A DNA stretch of 64,000 nt from Podarcis tiliguerta (lineage: Eukaryota): the NCBI GenBank assembly GCA_965153285.1, contig OZ229111.1; one strand, 5' to 3'. Position 1 is the stretch's first letter, and every line of letters starts with the position of its first letter. The notes under the pieces are model-generated. The model was not told the origin of the DNA. It saw only the letters and a list, made by a program, of their open reading frames with translations, and did no database searches. Made by a program: the position numbers and the translations under genes. Positions 1-14,463 of the stretch are shown one piece after another.

Positions 1-2688
1 TGAGCCACTTGGTAGAGCCTGCAAGGCTGAAGCCCATCTGCCCTGCTCTGCAAGGTCTCTCTTGCGCTTTCCAGCTAGTACATTCCAGCCTATTTTCCAT
101 AATGCCTTCTTTTGGGGACTCCCTGTATCCTGGCCTCAGCCCCTCATGAAGGGGGGCTGATGATCTTCAGCGTGAGATGTTTTCGTTGAGACTAGCAGAG
201 CAGGAAAAACATGCTGGTAAAAACCATCCCGAAGTTGGGTTTTTTAGAAGGCCACCTATTCTAGCGACAAAGAAACACCATCTACATTCAACAGTGTTTT
301 CACTGTCCTTTGCAACCCAGGGCAGATTGTTTTTCCTCTCCTCTGTGGGAACCTCCTCTCCTGCACATGATTTATGGGCTTCGATTTATGATATTTGCTT
401 TAATGTGTTACTTATTCCATCTGCTGGTATTGTTTGCTAGATGGGAATCTTCCTGTCTCTTCCAGTTCTGTTGAGAGTGGTAGCCTGATTTAGCTACATG
501 AAAGCAACTCCGTCACAGCAAGACAAAGTAGGAATGGATCCAGCTCCCTGCCAGGGACTGAGAGCTGCCTGACACAGGCTTTGCAGAGATGGGCTGCCCA
601 ATAATAAACCCTGTAATCCATAGCAGAGAATTTGCTCACTCTTATGCTAATTTGGTTATGTGATCCTCCCCTGCTCCCCACCTAAAAAGATAGGTGTGTT
701 GTGGATCAGGCAATGAAAATGCTTATCTCCGCTTAATAGGGTTGTGTTAATCAGCACAGGGAGAAATAAATCCTGTATGCAGTAAAAAGGCTCTCTTATT
801 GGTTTTTGCTCTGCATTTTTCTGGGCTGTAGACTGGCACTGAAAACAGGCTCCAGACAAGTTAAAAAGAAAAACATCCAGCTAATAACATGGTATTTTCA
901 GTTAGGTTCTGGGAAAACAACATAGAGCCCAGAGGATGGCCATTGATTTTATTTTCATACTTATGAAATACTGAAAGTAATTCTGGAACGTAGATGGTGA
1001 ATAACCAAGAGCAAGTATTTCTTATTTGTTGCATTCTTGTGCCATTCTATAATATATATGGCAAGTTTTCTTGTCATCCTATTAGAATATGATATTAAAA
1101 TGATTTAATTACAAAGTAATACATAAAAGCAACACAAATACAACAACAACAAAAAATCACACAGGCATTGCAAACTTGAAACAGAAGCCCAGATTTGACT
1201 AATCCAGGCGGAAGGCAACACAAGGGTTCCCTCTAGTGCGATGGGGCTTTCCTCCTCCTCTTCTTGTCCCCCACCCAATCAACTCTAGGGAGTCAGGCAA
1301 GATTCCAGAATATTGTATTGGGGGGGGGGTGAATGATCAGAAGAGCACAACACTGAAATCTACGTAGGCTATGCACATAAGGTATATGGGAGCCATTATT
1401 CATCACCATTTTGTCCCCCATGCTATTGAATATGAATCTGAAACTGCTGAGAACTATCACCAGGAAATTTGGACTGAGGTGTCACCAATAAGCGAATGAC
1501 ACCCAACTCTGTCTCTCTGTTCTGTCTGAATCAGGAGAGGTGATCAAAGTGCTAAACTGGTGCATGGAGGCAGTGATAGGCCACGTGTGGGTCAATAAAT
1601 TGAAGACGCATCTCTTTACCCCAACCTTTGACAGTTGTTTTGATTTAGGGGGCTGTTCCTTCCCCAAGAGGTGTGTCGAGCTCTTACTGTTTTATTGGAC
1701 CTATCTCTTTTGCTGAATTTAACCTATTCTTGTCCATTTGAAATGTTTTTACTAATGACATATGCACCGGACTATGCTGTAATTGTCTGGATCAGATAGA
1801 TGTGCTCTAGTAGCCCTTGAACTCTTAGAATAAAACACTTAATTCTGAAAAACAAGTTCCAGACATGATCCTTCAGCTCAGATTAAGCCCTACCTGGAAA
1901 TACCTGAGATGGCCACAGCCAGAGATGATGTCTGTGAGTCAAGCCTTGTGATGCTGAGGTGGAAGAGCATTTTGCCTGGTGGCTCTGACTCCAGAATATG
2001 AACCCAGTTCCCCTGCTTGCCAAATATGGGAGTGGGAGTGGTTTCCCCCTATAACCTGACTCATGCCTCTAGGGAGTTTCTTTGCTTTCCCCTTGTGGTT
2101 TGGGAAAGTGGCTTGCTGACATCATTTGGTTCCCAGTCTGTGCCTCTGGTTTCAAGAAGTCCAAAGCCTTCTTTCTTATTGCCTCACGCTACTAAACTGA
2201 GCTGGACTGTGCATTCACAATTTTAGCGATAAGAAACATGTTTGTTATAAGAAGGATAGAATAGAGTTACAAATAGATGTATGTCAACCCTAATTCCAGA
2301 GAAGTATGAAGGCATTTCTTTCACAGCACAAACGCTCTCCTGTTTACACACACACGGCAAATCACTTAATTGTCCAAGGACAGTTCCCTTTATAACTTAC
2401 AGACTTTTATATCACTGCATTTCATTTAGAAGCGCAAACTTCCTTGATTTCCTTGACAGATTCATTACAGGCCTGCCTTTATTTCCATTTGAGTCAGAAA
2501 CAAAGATATGCAAAAGGGGGAAAGATCAACCTCGATATATTTAATGGATGGTTAAGGCAGGGGTGGTCGCCATCTTCATAAATAATGGCTCCATAAGAAA
2601 ACATAATCTTTGTTAAGGATAAAGCTTCTGCTATCAGCAACTCAGCGTTCATGCAGCTTCCTTGACTTGCAACCTGATCCTGTGCACT

Positions 2689-2966
2689 GAGCCAGTGTAG
2701 TGTAGTGGTTAGGAGCAGTAGTCTCGTAATCTGGGGAACCGGGTTCGCGTCTCCGCTCCTCCACATGCAGCTGCTGGGTGACCTTGGGCCAGTCACACTT
2801 CTCTGAAGTCTCTCAGCCCCACTCACCTCACAGAGTGTTTGTTGTGGGGGAGGAAGGGAAAGGAGAATGTTAGCCACTTTGAGACTCCTGAAGGGGAGTG
2901 AAAGGCGGGATATCAAATCCAAACTCTTCTTCTTCTTCTTCTTCTTCTTCTTCTTCTTCTTCTTCT
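2689..2966 (+). mobile_element. Full-length tRNA-derived SINE (Squam3-like) with (CTT)n tail
   Basis: A-box-like TAGTGTAGTGG and B-box-like GGTTCGCGTCT, CORE-like body (GGGTGACCTTGGGCCAGTCAC), 3' end GGGATATCAAATCCAAACT followed by (CTT)n. Confidence 0.85.
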
Positions 2967-3607
2967 AATTGGATGTGAATGCCACTGACTACAAGAGGGT
3001 TCAAGCCCACTGTGTATGCAGGGAAAGGCTGCAGCCTTAGTAAGCTAAGTAACTCACATTTCTTGAAACTTCCCACTGTGATACTCAAAGACATGATTTT
3101 GCAGGAAGGGACTGAAGCTCTGCAGTAATTGCTTGTAAATTGGTTTGGAGACAGCTATGCAAATTCTGAACGGCAGCATTTCCAGTGAGAAGGAAAAAGC
3201 TTTCTGATGTAAGGCCCAATGATGTCGTCCATGAATTGCATAATCAATGTCCCTTAGACAGAGTTCAGATGAATTAGATGTAATACCAATAGGAACAGGG
3301 CTAGCAAAAGTGTGTTTATTTGTGACACTTGTGTGCTGTTCTTTAACAATTGTTTACAAATGGTTTGTAGCATAAAACATGGCAGCAACAAAAATGCATT
3401 CTGTGGGTCAGTAAAACAGATCAAAACAGTAGTTCATCAGTTCTCTGTTTCATTTAACAAAGGTACTGCTCTCAAAAGTATGGTGGAATAAAAATGTTTG
3501 CACCTGCTTATCCTGGGGAAGGAAGAAATGAGGCCAAATTAGGGTATTTCACAACCCTGGGGGCAACCATTGAAAAGGTCCTGCTCCTCCACGCTAAGAA
3601 TATTTTA

Positions 3608-3829
3608 CAGTGGTACCTCAGGTTACAAACGCTTCAGGTTACAGACTTCGCTAACTCAGAAATAGTACCTCAGGTTAAGAACTTTTGTTCAGGATGAGAA
3701 CAGAAATCGTGCTTTGGTGGCACGGCAGCAGCGGGAGGCCCCATTAAAGTGGTGCTTCAGGTTAAGAACAGTTTCAGGTTAAGAACGGACCTCTGGAAGG
3801 AATTAAGTTCTTAACCCGAGGTACCACTG
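3608..3829 (+). mobile_element. Tc1/mariner-pogo (Tigger-like) MITE, family A
   Basis: Terminal inverted repeats (TIRs) CAGTGGTACCTCAGGTTA / TAACCCGAGGTACCACTG, left TA flank. Several near-identical copies in the window. Confidence 0.85.
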
Positions 3830-4904
3830 CATCAGTACCTTCAGAAGAGTCCACTGGGAGATCTTAAAACCGAATGGGAAAAACCACAGTCTGACCAGGT
3901 GTCATTGGATGCCAATTCCCATCAGTCCCAGCCAGCACAGCCGCTAGGGATGAGATTCTCCTCTTCTGAAACAATATTCAGTTAGAGATCTTCCAACTTT
4001 GTTCTAATAGCAGATAGTCCTTCCCATTTTAATACTTGATTTTAAATGATATATGTGTTGCATTTCAGGCACAGTAAAAATGCGCTGTCCACAAGTACAA
4101 CCAAGCTTCCTGAGCTTCCTGCCCAGCGTAAAAGAAGCAGTGCTTCAGATCTGCATTAAGAGCCCTGTCAGGGAGTAATATAGACAGAATTCTTTTAGAA
4201 ACCCACACAATAACTGTGAGAGGCCCAGATTCCACATCAGGGTTCAACCAACTTAAGGTATGTAAGAGTTTTGTACTGGAATAACAGATTCTCTAGGAAG
4301 CTCTCCTACAGCAACCAGTTTGTGCAAACACAAACTCATCACGTAGAAATTGCCACAGAAGTCTCTAGAATAAAAAATGTTCTCCGGCTTCCTTTTCTGA
4401 GAGACTTCAATTTCTATAACTGAGGAGGGGTGTGTATCAAGAGAGGTTCATGGCTCTCAAACTTATATAGATTTGCAAGTCTATTTTCTCTTTATTCAAA
4501 TGCTGCTCTGCTTCTGAACATCTTGTGTTTGGCAGTCCTGCTATATTATGACTTCAGGAAACACTGCTGAGTTGAGGGGAGCACAGCTGCAGATGCTGCT
4601 TCTGCTGCTAAGGCAGCAAGCATCCCCAAGCCAGCCCTAGTAGTAGGCAGAGTGATATGACAGCAGCTAGATGATGGGGGTGGGCAGCAGCTGCTGTCCT
4701 CGGAGCCCTGAGCTATTGGAAGGTAGCGCTGTGTGCACCATGCACCTGCACCTGCGAAACTAGCCTGCTGCCCTCAGGAGTGCTGGAGGACACTATCCTG
4801 TGGCCAGTGTTGCAGTAAGATTGAACTGCCAATCAAGTCAGCTTTTGCATGTAGAAGAGGAGAGCACCACCTTAGCCTTCACTCCAGTGGCCCTGGTGAT
4901 ATGC

Positions 4905-5031
4905 CTTGCCGTACGTCCGTAATTTCCCAGACATGTCCGGAATACTGCAGTTGGAAGCGGTAAAGAGAAAACAACAAACACTCAACAATTTTTCTGTCCG
5001 GATTTTCACTGTTTGAAATATGGCAACCCTA
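4905..5031. mobile_element. hAT (Blackjack/Tip100-like) MITE
   Basis: Right end TATGGCAACCCTA and degenerate left end TTGCCGTACGTCC, with internal TGTCCGGA repeats. Confidence 0.6.
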
Positions 5032-6088
5032 TTTCATCAGGCTACCTATGCATCACAGTTCTTAAATCCAAACAGACAGGATCTCTTATTATATTCCCCA
5101 GTCACTTGCAAATTTGAAAGCTCCAGTCTTTAAAATGTCATGTTTCCCACTGATTTCGCTCTTTCCCAAGACTCTTCTTCCATACTCCTCTTTACTGTCC
5201 TCCTCTCCGAGTTTTGAGTCAGGGATCAACGGTCTCATCTGTGACTAGTGGCCTGTGTAATTGCTGGAATTAACGCTACCTCCCCCTGCACTAGATGGTG
5301 GCCCTGGCTTTGTGCTTTGTCTTACAGAGAATTACGAGTGGCTCCAAGCAAGGGAAACAGCTGTGACCTATACCTCTGTTACAACAGACAGCTGGTCACA
5401 ACCTGTTTCTTGACATGCGTTTGCGTTGCATAAATGTTTAGCGGCAAAGGTCTGCTGCTGTCTGGAGCTATTATAAACAGAGTTGAATTTTGGCTTCCTT
5501 CTTGCCTTGCTACTTGGATTCAAGGGAAATGCTGTAAAACCTCTTTTGAGTGGTCTGACTATGCCTAGAACTAATCACACTTGCTCACCCAGACCAGCTA
5601 CCTCTTGGATAGACCCATTTAGTGATTGGGATCGTCACCCCAACGTACACTGTGCTCCTGCTCCAAAAGCCAGATATCTGTGAAGCATGCCTCTGTCCAA
5701 GCAGACCATTTCCAAAGGGCTTCAAAAGGCAGTGGTTGAACTTAGTAAGGATGCAGCAGAGGGCAGGAACAGATTTGTCTGCAGACCCTGTTGTTTCAGG
5801 TCCTTTAAGATATCTGCAGCTTTTAGAAAGGGAATTTGACCTCTCCTGGTAACTTAGCTGAGCATGCTTCATGGCAAAAATATATATTTTCATTCAAGCT
5901 TACCGTCCATCAACTTCTGATTTCTTTGTGGGGAACGTTCATCCACAAGGAACATTCATCTTTATTTAGTCGTACAGAATTCATATATATCTTCCTGTTA
6001 AGCATTTCTTCATCCTACACTTATCAGTTTCCTCTTCACTTTCCTAACCAGAAAAAGTCAGGGATTTTTTAAATAGAAGAAGTGGATA

Positions 6089-6238
6089 CATGGGCGTAGC
6101 CAGGAGTTTTGTTGGGGGGGGGGGGCAGGCCTCTTGTTAAGGGGGGCAGAACTTCAGTTAGCTATGTATTTTTATTGATTTTTATTGATTTTGGGGGCAG
6201 ATGCCCCTCCCCGGACCCTCACCTTGGCTATGCTCATG
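6089..6238. mobile_element. hAT-superfamily MITE with perfect 8-bp TSD
   Basis: TIRs CATGGGCGTAGCCAGG / CCTTGGCTATGCTCATG, with TSD AGTGGATA at 6081-6088 and 6239-6246. Confidence 0.88.
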
Positions 6239-8059
6239 AGTGGATATGTTGTACTTGGGGGGTGGGGCAGAGGGCTTCAATCTACTAATTTCCCAAACCT
6301 AAATTTAAGGTATCTGCTTGAATCCCTCCCACAAAATACTGACCATCTGGAGTCCCCAACCTTGCTGCATATCAGACTGGCATTTAGGGACCTACAGAGA
6401 AGCAGATAATGTACAAGAGTGCAAAATAAATCCAATAGGAGCAGGAGCTGGTTTTATTTCCTTGACAGATGCATACTGGGAACTTGGCAGAGGGTGCGGA
6501 ATTAGGAACAAAAAAAGTTGATCTCCCAAATGTGGCAACCAAATCCCAGAAACAAACCAACCATAATTAGTCTGAAATTAAAACAAACATCAGTTTCTGT
6601 TCCTTCCTCCTTTTTCTCATGGCCTGAGGCTCAGTTCGCACATAGAAACTGTGATGTAACACAACAGTGTGAAGGCTTGTCATCACAGCATGACTTTATC
6701 TGAAACAGCTTGACAGGCAGCAGTGGTAATACAGTATTCAAAACTTCAAAATAGAGGGGTTGTAGAGATGCAATGAATATTTTTGCTTTATTCATGTATA
6801 TCCTGCCCTTCCTCCCACAGGAGCAAAGAATATTGTCAGAATTCCACAAAAAGTGGTTTCACAGAAACAACAGGCTGTATGGAGCAGCCTCTGCAAAGTT
6901 GGGTTATTCAAAGCATCTACCAAGCTTCTGTTTTGCATGTGTGAAGTGACCCTTTCAGAACACAATTTTCCCACCTTCTATCCTTCATACAAGGGCCACA
7001 CTTGTTTATGCTCCAAGTAAATCCAAAAGCCAACAGAAGCTCACATACACTATTGCTCTTCCTTTTGGGAAATTGACATGGGGCCTTCCTGGTAGAAGAG
7101 TCTGCATGTACCTTGGGTAGCAGAGCATCCATAGAGCTTTAGATCTGTTATGAAATTGCTAGTTTTGTGCAGAGGTGGAACAAACTGCAAGCAATGCAGA
7201 TTCAAATGTTTAAGGTCCCAGTTCCTCACTTCTGATACAGCTCCCAAAGCTCGCAGCTGTGTCTGGGCTGGAAGGGAAGCAAACAACAACAAAAACTGTA
7301 CAGGTAGCAACACAACCATTTCAACAATGCATCAGGAAGATTAGAGGATAGATTCTGATGCAGTGTTAAAATACATAGATTCATTCCAAAGTTGATAGAC
7401 ATACCTTGCATTTGGTTAATCAGGCTCTTACACAGAGGCGGCTAATCTACTGATCACAATAATTTCATGGAGCTGGTAATTAGAAGGAAAATCTCCTGGG
7501 GCATCTTGGTGTATGGCTGTTATGCTATTCCTAGCCCTTATGTAAGTGCATGGAACTATAGACTACCCTCCAGCTATATTTTTATGAAGGATTGCGCATG
7601 GTTCTATTACGGAATCACACTCTTTCCACCAGCTCAATTTCATTTTATCTGACAGCTGTGTCACTGTATAACGAGCTATTGCCAATGGCCCTGTATCAAT
7701 CTCCTTTAGTTTGTCCTGCATGGTGACAAACTAGGTGACTGTTAAATTAGGAAGGAACAGTAGGGAAAATTCTAAAATACAGTATAGAGGGGAAATGCTT
7801 TAAAAATAAATAAGTAAAACCAACAGTTTGACACTCTTTTCTGCAAAACCAAGACACATTAAACAGTTGCAATCATTCCATTCAAAGTGTTAGGAATCAG
7901 AGTGCTTATCTAAAATCTCCAATTTACAAACTACTTGTCTTATTAATACTTATAAACAATACGCAAACAGGACATGGGCAGGTCCCTTGCACAGACGCTG
8001 CCAACTACTTGCCCTCTTGATTCCCGCCCACCATGGATGGTGAACTTGGCTGTGGGGTG

Positions 8060-8830
8060 TTGAATGGGTGTGTCCAGGGCATGGTGAAGATTTATTTGAG
8101 TGAGGTGGTGGTGACTGCCACCTTAAAGGAGGCAGTGGTGCAGCCACAACTGAAGAAAGGAGCCCTGGACGCAGTGGGTTGCAAATACTCCCTTTCTGGG
8201 AAGGTGAGAGCTGTGGCAGAACCACCGAACATTTCTGGATGAGACTGGATCCATGCCAGTCTGGGTTCAAGGCTGTGTTTGGGACTGAGTCAGTCTTGGT
8301 CACCCTGTTGACAAGGGGAGCATAACCCTACTCCTTCTGCTTGATCTCTCAGCAGCTTTTGGTACCATTAACCATGGTATCCTTCTGGATTGATTCTGTG
8401 GAATGGGTGGTGGTTCTGTTCCAGTGGGAGAGTGTTCTTCACCCCTCCCCCCAGTGTTTATGCTATAGGGAGCATAATGCTCCCCAATGCTGTTCAGCAT
8501 CTATATGAACCCATTGAGAATTTGGGAGTAAAATATTATCAGTACTGCTGTTTCTCCTTTACAACTTAGTCAGCACAAACACTGGACAATAAATTGAGCT
8601 TGATTCCTGGTAAAATCAATTGTGGGTGGGTGGGTGGGTGGGTGGGTGGGTGACAAGTCAATCTTCCATTCTGGATGTTGTTGCCCTCCCTCCGAAGGAG
8701 CAATTCTGCAGTCTGGGAGTATTCCTTGACCCATCTCTGTCACTAGAGGCCCATGTGACCTCTGTGGCTATGAGTGCTTTCTCCTAGCATCAACTGGCTG
8801 TAACTGTTCCTCCACCACAATAGCCTAACC
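8060..8830 (+). mobile_element. L2-clade LINE ORF2 (reverse transcriptase) relic, heavily deleted
   Basis: Short frames read LKEAVVQPQLKK, DPCQSGFK..FGTES.LVTL and LLLDLSAAFGTINHGILL, which are L2/CR1-group RT motifs. Confidence 0.8.
8624..8651 (+). repeat. (GGGT)7 microsatellite
   Basis: Directly visible. Confidence 0.95.
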
Positions 8831-10226
8831 ACATGGGCCCAATTTGCTTGTGGGGAGTTTACATGTATTCCCATTAACCATTCATTCACCCACTTTCTGA
8901 TGCATTTCCCCATCACTTTCCTAAACAGAAAAGGTCAGGGTTTTTGTGTGTGTGTGCGTTTCAAATGGTTTTGTTGTGGTTGGGTAACAGAGCACTTTAA
9001 TCCACTTTGATTGCACAAACCAAAATTTCAGCTCTGCACTTGAATCCCTCCCACAAAATAGGGGCAATCACCTTCGTCTCTGGGCGATTCTTACCTGTTG
9101 AATGTGAGCAAACTTTTGGGCAATCTATCTGCAGCAGTTTTGAATCACTAACAAAATACTTAGCATTAGTGATGAAAACTTCCAATCAGCGATTCTTCCC
9201 GGGGAAAAAGCAGCCTAGTACTCAAATACTGACTTGGCTTGAGGAATCACAGTACAGTATTTAGTTTTGTGGCCACTGTTGGCATTCCTTGCAGCTGCAA
9301 TGAATAAACAGCTTTTTATTATTATTGAGAGCGAGGCTTGGGCTTGTGCCTCGTGAGCAACACACTCCCACACTTGAGGCTACCTTGAGCTGGTCTGGGC
9401 AGCTGCAAACACTGGTACTATAAGCACTGACCTTCTTTTCCACCAATCAAGCCAGAGAAAGATCTGGTATACGTCTGTCAGCGCAGTGATGCATGTAAAT
9501 AGAGGAAAGCATGCTTGAATTGTCAGGCATGCAGTTGTATGAAATTAAAATTGCTAAGCATGAGCCCAATGGTTGTTTTTTTTTAGCCAGTTACAGATGT
9601 ATAAGCCAAGGGTGGGAGACCCTTTTCAATCCACACATTCCCCTCTAGGTGTGGGCCACATGTGACAGTGGTAGGTGGGGCCAGAGTCAAAAGTGGGCAT
9701 GCAAATTTTACTTGTGTACCGTAGGCTAGGGCCCAGGTCATTTAGAGCTTCAATGAGAACTCTGAATTCGGCTCAGAAATTTTATCAGCATCTGTTGCTG
9801 CCGCTGAACCAAAATCATTGTCATGGGTTCTCTGAGCCTTGAATCCACCAGAAGCTGAAGAGCTATATTTTGGGTAGTTTCTGGGCCACCATGAATAGTT
9901 GTTCCACAAAAAGCACATTGTGTTAATCTAAACAGTTGCTGAAACAGGTTATCCGGGTATGAATGTCAGTGGTTAAATCCATTTTGGAGAAAACAGGTCC
10001 CAGCCATATTCATGAGCTGAAGCCAGAATAAAGTACTTCTGGGCACAGTGGCTGTCTGGGAATCAGCAAAGTTGAGTCCAGGCTGCAAATCTCATTTCGG
10101 GTGCAGGGAGTGCAACCCTTTCTGAAATCACTGTTGACATAGCTGTTCAAGATGCCAACCACAATACCTCTCTAGTGTTTGGATTCAGTTTCATGTTTTA
10201 ATTGTCTTTTAGCCTATTATGATGTA

Positions 10227-10401
10227 TAAGGACCTAAGAGGAGCCTGCTGCATCATGACAGTGGTCCACTTAGTCCAGCATCTTGTTCTCACAGTGACCC
10301 ACCAGAAGTCCGAAAACAGGAAATGAGCACACAGCACTCTCCCACTTGCGATTCCCAGCGATTGGCATTTAGGAGCATACTGTCTCTGACAGTGGATATA
10401 G
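10227..10401 (-). mobile_element. CR1 LINE 3' end
   Basis: TAAGAGGAGCCTGCTGCATCA...TAGTCCAGCATCTTGTTCTCACAGTG, shared with 23891-24200 and 33223-33420. Confidence 0.7.
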
Positions 10402-12399
10402 GCACTCAATCAAGGAATCACCAGCTTTGTCTTTTTTAAATAAATAATAAATAAATAAGGTTTTATTTAGTTTCTTTTGTAACATCAATAAAATGAACAA
10501 TGGCTTTGTCAGTTTTTGAAGAAAAGCTCCTATACGCCAAAATTCCAGACAATTTCATACTTCCTATTTCCTTGACATCTAAAGCAGAACTTTTACACCT
10601 TCATTTGTACCCACACTTGGAAATTTTGCACCTCACCAGCCACAGGGTGAGAGCGAGGATGCAAAAGTTCTGCTTCTGACATCACAAAGAGGCGCATGAA
10701 CAAGGCACTTGCACTTTCCTGTTCCCTCTTCATCTTTTAAGGAAGCCAAGGACACTGAAGAAAACAGTAAAGTTGAGGTCTGTGTGGGGTCATTGCTCCA
10801 TCGACTTATTGCCCAAACCAATTCTGAGCAAATGTGCTAAAAAAGATTAAATGTATTCCATCTAATAAGCTGGTAGATGTTTACTCTTGGGAGACCCTAA
10901 AACCACCACCACCACCACAACAAAAGGCCAAAAACAGAATTTCCGTGGGGCATCAATAGGACTTCTGACTTCCAGGCAGGAAATGTAAACCTCGAATACC
11001 CTCTAAACTTGATGATTTTAAATATGGAAGGCTAGATCCAGAGGTATCTTACACAAGTGAAAAATAATTTTCACTTACTCGAGGCAGCCAATTCCCATCC
11101 TTCTTCAGTTCCCTGTGCTTCAATTCCATGCTATCCCAGAGGGTATTATCAGGAGCAACTTGGGGCAGTGTCACAGAATGCTGCAGTAGGAAGGAGACAT
11201 CCAGGGAGGCCCCTTTATACAAGCAGAGTTTCCCTTATACTTCTCTGGATCCAACCCTGAAAACTTAAGTGCAAAAGATCCATTGAGAATTCTTCTTCTA
11301 TTTACATTTCTCTCCCCATTTTTGTCTTTTTAAAGTATAAAATTAGATTGTAAGGGCAGGGACTGCGTATGTCGCCATCCAAAGTGTCATGTATGACACT
11401 AGCAATTTATTAATAGTAAAAGGGTTTTTGATTTGTTTTTCACAAAGACATGTCTGGCTCTTTTCCCCTTCTCCATCTATTCCTTCCAAGTTCTTGATTT
11501 GACCAGCACAGTGCAAGACCAGCCATAGTTCAGGCCTTCTGCCTTATTGCTTTTCTTTAAAAATTTAATACCCTATCGTATCCCTTTAGGCTCAGGATAG
11601 CTTACAACGTAAGACCAATGAAGTAACATAATATTCGTCACTGGAAGGCAATAAAGCACAATCATAATAAAATTACAGCAGTCATAAAACAAAGAAACAA
11701 CCAGAGCATAAAATCACAGCAACCTACGCCAACGCTTTCAAAGGCTGTGAAACATTTGTGTGTGTGGGGGGGGGGGGAATGTCTCACTTTGCTGTCCTAA
11801 GGCCAAAGACAAGTTGTGTATAAATGCCTCAACAAAGAGTATGTTTTATATTTATGTACTAAATGTATATCCCAACCTTCTTTCAAAGAGCTCAGAGCTC
11901 ACAATGACCTTGCCCAGTGGGCTAGGCTGAGCGACTGCTGAAAAGGCCTTGCTGCTGTCCACATTTGTTCTTGCTTCCTTTACTGATGAGAATATGAGCA
12001 GGGCATCTCCAATGGATTAAAAAGTTTGTGTGAGACAGCATTATTAGCAGAGGGGTTAGAGATATGCAAAGTTGATTATATATTTCCAGACCACTAATAT
12101 TATAGAAGTTTGTTTCAGTAAGTTATTTTGACCATCTTTCCATCCTCCCCTAGCCTTTATCCTTTCTTGCCTCTTGTAGATTCTTCCACAGATCACAGCA
12201 GTGCCTGGGCTGAGAGTCTTGCCTAAGTTACGTTTCTGCAGTCTAGCCTGTACACTGGGTGGTCACATGGTTGCTGCTTGTAAACATGATGCAGTGCACA
12301 TGAAAACATGGCGTGACAGAAGCCTAGGTTGTATGGCCATGTGGTGAATTTTTACCCATCTTCCTAGTTCCCTAGATTTCTAGAAGGCTGTCAGAGGTA

Positions 12400-12640
12400 T
12401 GTTTAGATGCTATATTTGCCATGGGGATCGCCATCCTCTTGCAGAACTACAACCATTTTCTGTTCAATACAACTCACCATGTGATTTCCCCCGGTCCTGC
12501 CAGAGGTGCCATTTGCAGGCTGCGAAACTCACTACCTGATGGTTACAACTCAGGTAGCAGAATACACCGCATGATAAGGCTGTGGGTTGGGAAACTCACC
12601 CTGGGGATGCAGATTTCCATGGTGAATATATATCTCACCC
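12400..12640. mobile_element. Old palindromic MITE upstream of the CpG island
   Basis: TATATTTGCCATGGGGATCGCCATCC pairs with GGATGCAGATTTCCATGGTGAATATA, around a central CTACCTGA...TCAGGTAG. Confidence 0.55.
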
Positions 12641-12889
12641 TGGTTTGACACTGGACACATATGCCACACAGTAAAAGCCAGAGAACACATTGCAGTCACC
12701 CTGCACGTGCAGCCAACAAGGCTTCCCTATTGCACAGCTTCCTTGCCTGTTCCCACATCAATTGAGTCTAAACACCACCAGCACATGCGTGCCAGTTTGA
12801 GAAGACTAAATTGATGGTGCAGATCCGCACCCACAATAAATGTTGTTGTTCTTGTTGTTTTAAACCAGGAAGGGATGACTCTGACTATG

Positions 12890-14463
<1,574 letters not shown>

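Noticed and set aside
1-900. 3' end of an upstream neighbour gene (SLC38A3 by mammalian synteny), with AATAAA at ~604 and TAATCC motifs
   Set aside because: No coding exon recognised, and hexamers of this kind occur by chance.
2870-3094. Poly-Glu and poly-Arg ORFs (also 42111-42380, 49807-50067, 62954-63136)
   Set aside because: They are translations of (CTT)n, (CCT)n or (CT)n microsatellites.
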